Assembly (NCBI GenBank): GCA_028534125.1
Contig: CM052822.1
Location: forward strand, 78,182,001-78,246,000
Direction of reading: 5' to 3'
DNA from: Lama glama
Taxonomy: Eukaryota
Length of the DNA stretch: 64,000 nt
Positions 12,301 to 22,600 of the stretch are shown piece after piece. A model generated the notes under the pieces. It worked only from the letters and a program-made list of their open reading frames with translations. It was not told the origin of the DNA and ran no database searches. Position 1 is the stretch's first letter. Every line of letters starts with the position of its first letter. The translations under genes were made by a program, and so were the position numbers.

Positions 12301-15300
12301 CCCAGAAATTCTTCACAGACAAACGCCACTACAAGTCAGCAGTCCTCTCGCTCACTGAGAACAGACGTGACGCTGGCTTTAATTGAGGAGCAGCTTTGTT
12401 GAAATTATTATTAATTGAAACGATCAATACTCTGTCTAAAAACAGCTTTCAAGGAATGAAATCGTTTTCCAGCGGTGTGTCCACCAGCGGTCAGTAGTTT
12501 CACGTCCACGGGGTAGGATTTTGCAGACTTCTCCACGGACGGCTGACTGCTTCTGCCGATGGTGTCTGACGGCTGGAGTTCCGAGCAAACGGCGTACGGT
12601 GAGGCACAGGCCAGGGGAAGCAGGCGGCGTCCACCTCGCCTGGCGACCTGCCCGCCTTCCTCCACCCACGTGAAGCTCCCTCTACGTGAAGGACAAGGGC
12701 AGGCCCAGGACGGCCCCTCCGGCCCTCCCCTCTTCCTGCACCCACCCTGCCGCCCAGCCAGCTCTCCCTCCCTGACCTGAAGGCAGGCCCCAAGCTGCAG
12801 AGAAGCAGCCAGCCTGATGGACGCCCAGGCCAGGCTGTCCCGAGACGGGCCCCCGGGCCGGCGGTGGAGGACAGCGGCCCAGGGCAGGGAGCCGCGCCCA
12901 CACGCCCGGGCCAAGCCCAGCTCTGCGCCCCCGGCTGCGCGAGGCGGGGACCAGGCCTGCAGGCTGCGCCTCCGCCCCGTGTGTGTGCGAGGCCCTCACG
13001 TGCTTCACGGGGCTGTTACGAGGCTCCTCACATCAGAACCGTGGAGGAGACACGGGGGCGGTTCCCGCACGTACGAGCACTTGATGGGGTAAAATTTACC
13101 TGCGCCCGAGACCCCCCAGAAAGTGAAGGTAAAGAACCCCCAGTCCGTGTTCTGGGAAACCCTCCTGCAGAGGAGCCCCCTCCCAGGCCTGGAGGAGACA
13201 CGGGTGCCCCCGCTCACCCGACAAGGCCGAGTCCCTGTTCGCTGCCTCATCAGTGAGCAGCCGAGCTTCCGTCCCCGATGCGTGGGACGGAGCGCCCGTT
13301 AGCCCAGCTGGCTGACGCCTCCTCCTACCCCGGGGCCGGGGCCGGGGCCGCGGCCCACCCCTCCCGAGCCGGGCGGCTCTCCCACCGGGTTGTCACCCTC
13401 TGCCCCACGGTGGGCCTTCTCCAGTCTGTTCGCTCCTCGCTGCAAAAAAACACAAAACGAACACAAACCCACCGTCCCGTCCCGCCCCCGCCTAGCTCTG
13501 GGCCTCCTTGCAGACCTCGTGCTCAGAGCGCTCTGTGCTCAGCAGAATCTTTTCTTCCCCCACCAGTCCTTCGGAAGAGAGGCCCGCCCGAGCAAGTCCA
13601 GATCTGGTTTTTGTGCGACACATTCAACGAGTGTTACTTTCATTGTTATAATCACAGGAGGCTACCAGCGAATCCATCCTGACCTGGATTTAACAAGAAG
13701 TTCTCGGGGTAAAAGCTGGTTAACCTTTACACATCCAAGCTCTTGATGTCAAGAGGAGTCCTTACCAAATGCGAGCTTTTCTCTGTCCAGTAAACACAGC
13801 AAACGTGACTGGATCGGGCTGGCCCTGTAACTGTGACCAATTATGCCGTCGCACCGAGACTTCAGGTGAAACGAGCCTGCGCTAACCTGCCAGGGATCCG
13901 CCTCCTCAAGGTGCCCCCTTGTTTTATTGTCAAGGGTCTTGTCTCCTAAAAAGCAGGGCGTGAGACGCACAGGCGGTGGCCCCCGGGGCAGCCCCGCACG
14001 TGAAGCTTCACGCTGAATCGAGGCCGGACGGGTTGTCTCCCATCTTGTGTTCTTACCCTCAGTTAAATCATTATCGTCACTGTCTTTACCCAAGTGACCT
14101 GACTTAACAGCATTCAAAATACTCTGTATGATTTTGGCCTCAACCTCCCACGCCAGCGCCTGGCCAGCTCCAAATCGCATTCCAGGGAGCCATCCCCATC
14201 ACTGTCTCGGCTTCGGGGGACGACTTCTAAATACCCACGAAGCAGCCTCCGAACCTGAGAAGGAGCCTACGCTGCAGCCGCTGCTTCCCCAGGCGGGTCA
14301 CAGATGGCCCTGGGTTTCGGGTTCGGGAGAGCAGACATCGGCCTGCAGGCCCCATGCTCGCTTATTCCGCCATCCACGGCGGGAGGCCCGGGCTGGCTCC
14401 TCGAGTGGGGCAGGTGGATTGGCCCGACCGCTGGACCACACTTCATGGGCCCCGAGCAGGGATGGAGGGAGGCTGACGGTTTGAAGCTCTGGCCCAGAAT
14501 AATTGGTTCACACGAGAATTCAACTCAGAACCTGGGCACCAACCAGCCGAGCGGGTGGTCCAGACCAGGCGTCCAGGAACTGACGGCCTGCAGGGCCGGG
14601 AGCCCCGGGCATCGGGGGGCCAGTCACAGGAGGAGGGACTCAGCAGGAAGAGGAAAGAGCCGGAGGCCCACCCCGCAGAACCGCGGTCATCCAGGCCCGG
14701 AGGCTGCTCCGGCCGCCCTGTCGGAGGTCTGCTGTCTGCAGTCTCCTCGGAGACAGCAGGAACCAGCAAAAAACACACCCGTGTGCCACGTACCAGCTGC
14801 GCCCGTTGTCCCTCCGAGAGAGGGACACCGGCGTCAAGTGGAAAATGACCACCACACCAACGTCCGCTGCAGGAGGAGGAATCGGGGAGGCAGGTGACGG
14901 AGGTGAGGCTTTGTGCCCCTTCCTTGCAGAGGCGTCGGGCGGTGGAAGAAGGCTGTTCCTTCACGGAGGGCCCCTGCGCACCCGCGGCCTGGCTGCGACT
15001 CACCTGACACGCTACCACGACGAGCCGCGCGGGCGCCTGCAGGGAGACGCAGGGGGCCCTCCGAGCCCCCTCGACGACCGAGGCCCTTCACACGAGGACC
15101 CGAGCTGGCGTGACTCAGGCCCGGCCGCAACCCTGACCACCACACCGGGCTTCTTAAATCGAGGGTGAAGTGACCTTGGTGATAGGAACTGCCCTGACTC
15201 CGAGCTTACGCCACCCAGCAGACCCACCCTAGCGCTGACCGACCCTCTCCATGAAAAGCAGCGCCATAAATGGGGATCCGACGAGCCTCAGGCCCTGCGG

Positions 15301-16978
15301 TTCACACCGCCACGCGCCACCTCGGACCAGACTGGGGCTTCTCCCCGCGCGGGGCTCTCGGACGCCTGCCCTGGGTCTGCTCGCATCTCAGCTTTGCTCC
15401 AGGCGCCTGGGGCTCTGCCCGCTTTGGTCCAAGTGGAAGTGATGCCAAAGAGAGGGCGTCTCCCGAGGAGCTGGGGCCGGTGTGTGGTCAGGCCACTGAG
15501 AGGGCGGCCCTCTGGCTCTGTAAACGTCCCTGCCTCACACACCCACTCACAGGAGCGTGCCTGCCCTCTGCCCCCTGCCCCTGCTGGGGACCGTCTACCC
15601 CTCTGGCCGCAACGGCTCCACCTGCTGGTTTATTAAAGGGAAACACCTACCCTCGGAACGATGGTTTGCCTGAGGGCTGGGAGGACGCACCAAGGCGGCA
15701 GGTTTCCCTGTAGCTGAAGCCCACCTGACGTCAAGTCCCCTGGAACCCGCAGCCTCTTTCTCCCCCGAGGAGTGAAGGCCGCTGCCCTGTCCTGTCCGCG
15801 GTCCATGCTGGTGTCGCTCCAGGACCCTTTTGCTTGGACATGTAAGATCCCCCGTCCAGTAACCCCGATGGCCCTACTGCCACCTCGGGGCCCCTTCTGC
15901 AGCCTGCGTACAGGCCTGCGGGGTGCAGCCCCACGGGCTGAGCTGCAGGGGCGCCCTCTCACTCCTTCCTGGTGTCTCCTCCGTGCACTCTGGGACAGGG
16001 CCAGGTCTCTCCACAATCCGTGCATCTGGAACCCAGGACTCGGGTGTGAGGGCCAGGCCAGTCAAGCGAGGCTCGACTGCGCCAAGGAATGGCAGCTGTG
16101 CACATGGCGGGCAGGCATGCGGTGAGCCGCAGGGAAGAGACAGGATGAGCCCCGGCTTCTCTGGTAAGCCCTGAGAGTCTCCCAGAGGGGCCTCTGCAGG
16201 ACCCAGGAGGGACGCCACCCGGAGGCCAACAGCAGACACGTGAGCCGTCGAGTCCCAGGGCGAGTAAGGGCCAACGGCTACACGTCTCTGCCCGTCAGTG
16301 CCTGTGGGCTGGCTCTTCAGTCGTGTAGGAGTCAATGAAGAGGAGGAATGCAGGAGCCCCCAGAGGGGACAGAGTGAGCCCTGGCGCGGGAGGCTGTAAC
16401 AGTCAGGCTCTTCTGGCCAGGAGGTGGGTACTGCACAGTGATTTCAGGCCAGCAGGTGAATCCACCTGGACCAACTTCTGCCCACGTGCCCACTGATGCT
16501 GAAAACTCTTTAAGGAGCAGAAATCCTTGCATTTCCCCAGTAGGGAAATTGGGAGAAGGCTGAAAGGCCAGAGTGATGGTGAATTTTATGTGTCAGTTTG
16601 GCTGGGCCACAGCACCCAGATATTTGGTCAAAACCAGTCAAACTGTTGCCATGATGCTATTTTTCAGATGAGATGAACATTTACATCGGTGAACTTGGAG
16701 TAAAGCAGATTGTGCCCACCTCCCACTGTGGGTGGGCCTTGTCTAATCAGCTGACGACATGGATAGAAAAAAGACTGACTTCCCCCAAGGAAGAGGGAAT
16801 TCTGCCTCCAGACAGCCTTCAGACCTGAGGTCTCCTTCCTGCTGGCCAGCTCTGCAAACTTCAGACTTGCCAGTACCCACAATGATGTGCCCTAAGTCTT
16901 TAAAATAAATCTCTGTACATACATATTATCTACCTATCTGTCTCTGATCTCCCTCTCTTTTTCTTACACACACACACA

Positions 16979-17194
16979 CAGTTGACCCTTGAACAACCTA
17001 GGGCACGGGGGTGATGGTCCTCTGTGCAGTAGAAAATTCCAGCATGACTTACTGTCTGCCCTCCACATACGAGGTTCCTCCATATCCAAGGTTCCTCATT
17101 CTTGTGATTCAACCAACTTCACCTGGTGTAGTATTTACTACTGGAAAAGTCTGCGTGTAAGTGGACCCACATGGCTCTCATCAAAGGCCAGCTT
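16979..17194. mobile_element. MER8/Tigger2a-type MITE (Tc1/mariner-Tigger)
   Basis: Left TIR CAGTTGACCCTTGAACAA, internal gattcaaccaac..gtagtatttacta..gtaagtggaccc, and a degenerate right TIR tcaaaggccagct. Confidence 0.85.
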
Positions 17195-17195
17195 T

Positions 17196-17222
17196 ACACA
17201 CACACACACACACACACACACA
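17196..17222 (+). repeat. (AC)n microsatellite; a second tract at 16966-16980 flanks the other side of the MITE
   Basis: Seen directly. Confidence 0.95.
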
Positions 17223-18554
17223 ATTAGCCCTGGAGAACCCTGGTCCCCACGGCCAGTCTCTCCAGGTGGGTAACTGTGCCGACGGAAGGTAGGTGCAGGG
17301 AGGGAAGGCCTGTCCCTAGACCCTCTCCTGAGGAGGGGGCTTTGGGCATCTGACGGTGGGTGTAGCGGTGCCACCGGGAGGGGAGGACACAGAAGGTGCA
17401 GTGGGCCGGGCCCAGAGTGGGACCCCACGGACGCCCAGCTCACCAGGGCTCGGTTTAAACACTCGCAATAAGCTCACTGGGTTGGATTTCTTTGACAGAG
17501 GTCTTGGTGGGTGTGTGGGATGCTGTGGTTCTACTGACGCACAAGAAGAACACAACGGAGAGCCCGGCCCCTAAGAACAGTCCTCAGAAACACGGGACTC
17601 TGGCCAACGTCAGGTACGGGACTAGCGAGGCTGGGGGGGCGCGGGCAGCAGGCACCCTCACTAGGTCGCTCCGTCACATCGGGGCTGTGCCCCCCCAGCT
17701 GTCTCAGGGTGGGGTCTACTTCTCCCGGTGGCTAGGACGTGAGCAGGCTGAGCTCATGACAGGAGGGGACATGGTTCAGAGACCAGCCAGTACCCTCACA
17801 TTCCACGGGCAGCCTTGAAGGTTGAGGGGTCCCACGTTTTCCAGTTTTTCTGGCGAGCAGCGATCTGACCAATGATCTTAAGGGGTAACATCGTAGTCAC
17901 CACTACCGAGTGCTGAGAACCAGAGGGCACCACACGGAGTTGGGGTGGAAAGGGGTGTGGAAGCAGGCCCTTCCTCGTGACTTGGGGTGTAACCGGGCGG
18001 GCAGTGCAGGGTCCTGAGACCACGGGTGTCGCAAGCCGGGGGGCACCTGTCACTCGGGTCAGCCTCAGAGCGTTGAGCTACTGCAGTGCCGTGTCGCCCC
18101 ATAAGCATCGCCACTGACAAGATGACTCCTTGGAGAAGATATGATCGTGCCTCCAGGGGGTCCCCAAGACCCCGTTACCCGCGACCGTGCCGACGGGGGT
18201 CCAGCAGGTTGGCCTGACGAGGGCAACGCTCAGTCAGCCGCTGCCGTCTCTCTGCAGCTCTGCTCCGGAAGAGACTGAACCGGGGAGAAACCTCACTCAC
18301 GGTGACAGCAACCACAGAAACCCCGCAGCACAGCAACAGGACAGGCGGGGACGTCTATGGAGAAGACACAAGGCTTTGCTGGGACACATGAGGCAAGTCC
18401 TTCAAAGGTGGAAAAATTAATTACACTTCTGGGCTGAGAGGCTCCCAGCTGTGAAACGCCAGTCATTCCAAAGCCACATGTAATTTTAACACTTCGTGAT
18501 AAGAATCCCAATCAGGCGAGCTTGACGTGTGCGTGAATGTGAGTGTGTGTGAGA

Positions 18555-19545
18555 GAGACTTAACAACCTGCTCTGAAGATGACTGGGGTTCAGGTCCCGG
18601 AAGGGTAAATGCCGAGGGACAGACAAGAAGTCGAGGGGAAGAATGAGTAGGTTACGCCAAGGATGTTAAAATCCGCAGTGAAGCACCGAGGGCATTGTGG
18701 CGGGGCAAGAACCCGTCGGCACCGGCTTGGGGATGCAACGGGAGCCAGTCAGGCCCGGGAATTTAGCGACAAAGGCGGCACTTCACGCCCGCTGTAGTGG
18801 AGGGATCGGCCAAGGAGCACAGCTGGGAACATGAAATGTCCTTTCGTAAGACAGTCCCACATGGACAACTGGTCGACCCAAGATCTAAATGTGAAAACCC
18901 ATGAACTAGAAGAGGGAGCGTCTCGCCCAGCGGCAGAGCACATGCTTAGCGTGCCCCAGGTCCGGGTTCCCTCCCCAGTACCGCCACTGAAGAACAAAAC
19001 AGAACAACCCATGAAAAGATGAACCAGAAAGCAACCAGAAGAAAACATAAAGGCTCGACTGTCACAAAACCTGTGCTATTTACGGAATCCGTAAATCTTA
19101 AAGGGTTATCTCCAATGTGCCAGTAGTCCCTGTAAGTCGGTAAGGAAAAGAAAGTGAACAGTGAGCACAGACTCTGATCAGGTAAGTCAGAGAAGAAGTT
19201 CCAGGGGAAATAAGAACGTGAAGAGACACTCAACTTTGTCGTCATTAAAAAATAAAATTTAAACAATATTTTACCTACTGCATTGGCAGAAGTTAAAAAG
19301 CTTGATAATGTCTTTTTTCCCCATATACTTCTATTATATGTATAAATTGGTAAAGCCCTTTTGGAGGGTAATTTGGCAATAAAAATGCACATACTCTATG
19401 AGCAAAAAGATCCCATTTCTTGTAATCTAAATTTACAAAAATTACAGCATAAATGCTTATTTTCATACAGAAACAATAACTCCAGCATTGTCTGCAACAG
19501 CAAATAAATAGGAAACAAGCTATCACTGTGGGTATTTAAATATTT
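18555..19545 (+). mobile_element. Old L1 (L1M/L1ME-like) ORF2 3' region, interrupted by a SINE
   Basis: L1 ORF2 motifs gacaaaggcggcacttca, caagatctaaatgtgaaaa..aactagaaga, ttggcagaagttaaaaagcttgataat and aaattggtaaagcccttttggagggtaatttggcaat. Confidence 0.75.
18912..19040 (+). mobile_element. tRNA-derived SINE resembling the camelid SINE family, with A-rich tail
   Basis: gggagcgtctcgcccagcggcagagcacatgcttagcgtgccccaggtccgggttccctccccagtaccgcca compared with the remembered camelid consensus ggggagggtatagctcagtggtagagcgcatgcttagcatgcatgaggtcctgggttcaatccccagtacctcca. A and B boxes are decayed; aactagaaga/aaccagaaga flanks look like a TSD. Confidence 0.75.
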
Positions 19546-19684
19546 TGTTCTTAAAAAGAGGGTGCGAGATCTCCAGGTTCTGGCTGGGAAAGATACCCAC
19601 GCTCGACCGCCGGTTGTAACAAGTGTTTCAGCCAACACCCGACTGCACTTCTGAAAACAAACCAAAGCTAACAAGAAACGACGA

Positions 19685-19730
19685 CGCAGCGCATGCACCT
19701 GAGCGCTGCGCGCGGGGCGGGGGCCCAGGC
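19685..19730. promoter_or_regulatory. Promoter-like motif cluster (NRF1-like site plus GC box)
   Basis: GCGCATGCAC 19689-19698, a GCGCTGCGCGCG run and GGGGCGGGGC 19714-19723. Confidence 0.3.
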
Positions 19731-22489
19731 TCTGGGCAGTGCGTGCTTCTGGGGCTGCGGCGGGTGGGGGTGGCGCGGTGAGACCCTCAGTGCTTCAGAC
19801 ACTCCTGGGTGTGGCCCGAGGGAGGGCGAAGGGCTGTGCCCATTTTCTCTTCTTGTTTGGGCTTTTTGATGTTTCTGAAGTGAGGAAACATCTTAAAAAA
19901 GACAAGCGCTCACCTGACTCAGGAAGTGGGTGACGTGGACAGTGTGGACGGCGCGTCCTGCTCGAGGGAGGGCAGGTGTGCGAGGGGACGCCGCCCACCG
20001 CCCGCCTCCTGGAAGAGCCCAGGTGGCCCCGAGCGTGGCTCTGAGGTCCAGACGCACCCGGACGCGGTGGCTCGGGACGCGCCGGCTTCGGAGGCGCGCC
20101 TGCTGTGCGCGGGGCAGGTGGCCCCCGTGCCTTCCACGCGTCCCCTCCCTCGGGGTCCTTGGCATCCGCCTGCTGGGCTCAAGTTTCCATGGGGCGGGGG
20201 CCCGAGGACACAGTGTCCCCTCCCTTCACCCCCGAGTCGCAGACGGACCCCAGCTCTCAGGGACAAGAAGAGCTGCCGTCTCCCCCGGCTTGATTTCTCA
20301 TTTTCCTGTAAACAGCCTCTCAACCAAGAGTTCCTTCTCGGCTTTGGAGTTAATTGGGCAACAAAGGGTCTTAGTGAACAGTTCTGGCTTTGACTGAAAA
20401 CCTGGATTATTATGCTGGGAGCTTGCCGGCGCCAGATCGTCTTTCTCAGGGACCTTCGTTTGGAGGAGGCCTTGCACCCGAGAGCCCCTCCCTGCCACCC
20501 CATGCTCCCTGTGGAAGTGGGCAAGTGCGCCTCCCCGGGCCCTCCTCGTCCAGCCCTGACACCCTGGGGCTCTTGCCGGCCCCTGGCTCCACCCCCGGGG
20601 CTCACTCCCACGTGCCCTGGACGGCCCGCAGCCACACCCCTGCACCGACGTCCCCTGGCCTCAGAGTTTCAGCAGCTCTGAGGCCGTCCCTGGCCAGACC
20701 CTGGCCGGTCCCTGGGCCTCCCCTACACAGGTGCCCCCTCTGCTTCTGAGCTGTTCGTGGGTGGAGACAGGTGCCCGGCCAGTTCTTCCAGCACCGGTGG
20801 GGTTCCCAGCGGCTGGAGCCAGAGGTCCAACCGGGCACAGCTCCCCGTCACCTCCCGGGCAGCTGTGGTATCTCTGCGCCCCTCCTGGCCTCCCAGCCCA
20901 CGGGGCAGCTCCCGGGAACCTCAGGTGCTCACAGAGGAGAGTTTAACTGAATGACTAAAGCTCGTTCCTCTGCCCACCAGGCTCTCTCTGCTCCCAGCCA
21001 GGATGTGCAGGCCTCGCTCGCTCCCCGGGGGCACGTGTGGGCGGGGCTGTGCGACTTCCTGCGGGGAGAGCGGAGGGTGGGGACTCCCCCCCCCGGGGCC
21101 TCTGCGTAGAGGGGGGCCTTGCTGTGCAGTGACTGCAGGAGCTCAGAGCTCCAGCGCCCTCATCCACGCGCTTTCCATCTTAAAGCATCGCTGGTGATTT
21201 AACGTCAGAAATCAATGAACACTCCGTTCTAACCTCAGAGCTCGGCCGGGGCGGATCAATTTCTCTGTCATGCTCACACGGCCACTGATGCAGTTTTAAC
21301 ACCCATCACTTCTCTCCAAAGCGGAGGCTAGGGACTTCGGTTTGGGATTAATCAACAGTGATGAGCTTAAATAAACGAGATGAATTTTCTCTATACCTTG
21401 TAGGGTTTTTTTGGCCCAAATTAATGGAACCCCTCTGTGCCGTGCGGGTGGGGGTGGAGCGGTGCCTCTGAGCTGCTCTCTGGGGACCTTGGGGACAGCG
21501 CTCAGCTGCAGGTCTGGAGTTGCATCTGCACAGCAAAGCAGGGGGTTCAGTTACAGTGAATGTCCTACAGTAATAAAAATCACAAGGTTTTCTGGAGAAG
21601 TGCAAGGGGCACTTGATGTGAGATGGCAGACCTCAACGTCCACACCAAAGGTGACATGACGGTGGAGAGGTTTTAGTTTGAGGGCCCCCTGGGCTCCCCT
21701 TGGGTGCCAGCACGGCGACGCCGGTGTGTCTGTGGGGAGAATTTCACTCTTCAATTGTTCAAATGTATGAAAATCACAGAATCACAGTGATCTGGGGCAG
21801 GACGGGCTCCGAGGGCCCCAGTCTGACACCCCCATTTCCGATTTCTCAGGCGGTGCCGGGGGAGGGGCTTGTGGTTGGATCCCACATGAGCTTCTCCGGA
21901 GCTCCCACTCGGCTGGGAGGAGCAAGAGGTCGCTGCCCTGCTTGGAGACGGAACCACGGCTTCCGTGGGGTCTTCATGTGGGGTCCACATGGGTCAGCAG
22001 CTTCAGCCTCGAGGAGACACCATCACGTCACTGCAGGGCCACCAGGACCTGGCGTCCGAGCTGCCAGGAGCACCTCCATGACCCCGTCCTGCTGCACTCC
22101 ACAGGCCCTCCCATGCAGGCCACGCCCCCTGTCCCTGCAAGGTGACCACAGGCTGCCTTTCCCTCCTGCCCTGCGCCAGGCATGCTCTGCCTGGTCGCCG
22201 GCTGTGCCTCCTTCCTGTTCTTTGGGAATTTGCTTGTCCTTGATCCTGGGGCCCTTGGGAGCCCCTGCCTTCTGCTGTCATGTAGCACAGGGGGCAGGGC
22301 CATAAGCGCGGCAGGTGCCCTCGCGCTGACGCCGGGAGCGGAGTTCCCGAGGGCAGTTTTGGGAATGGCTTGCTCCTTGAAGGCCCCTTGGAAGCCACAG
22401 GCAGAGGGGCTGGCGGCTGATGTCAGAGGTGGATGGAGCTTGGCTCCAGCCCTGGTGTCCTCCCTTCCAGCCATTCGCTCTTTGGAAAC

Positions 22490-22600
22490 TGACTGAAGCT
22501 CTCAGGACTCAGCTTCCCTGCTGTGACTGGGGCTGACAGAACCCACTTCATAGGTCAGCCTGGGATAAGGGGCACCGCATGTGAAGCCCCGGGCAGGGGC
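22490..22600 (+). mobile_element. MIR fragment
   Basis: ctcagcttccctgctgtgactggggctgacagaacccacttcatagg..gcatgtgaagccc resembles MIR ctcagtttcctcatctgtaaaatggggataataatagtacctacctcatagg..gcatgtaaagcgc. Confidence 0.6.

Larger units (their letters stand above)
16573..17250 (+). mobile_element. MLT2-type ERVL solo LTR, interrupted by a DNA transposon
   Basis: Starts gtgatggtgaattttatgtgtcagtttggctgggccac (MLT2 5' end). Internal gagtaaagcagattg..gtgggtgggcc..cagacttgccag..aaaataaatctct. Ends ctggagaaccctg after a CA tract. Confidence 0.85.

Noticed and set aside
18912-18990. Possible tRNA gene
   Set aside because: A and B boxes are decayed, there is no intact cloverleaf, and it has an A-rich tail and TSD-like flanks; it is a SINE.
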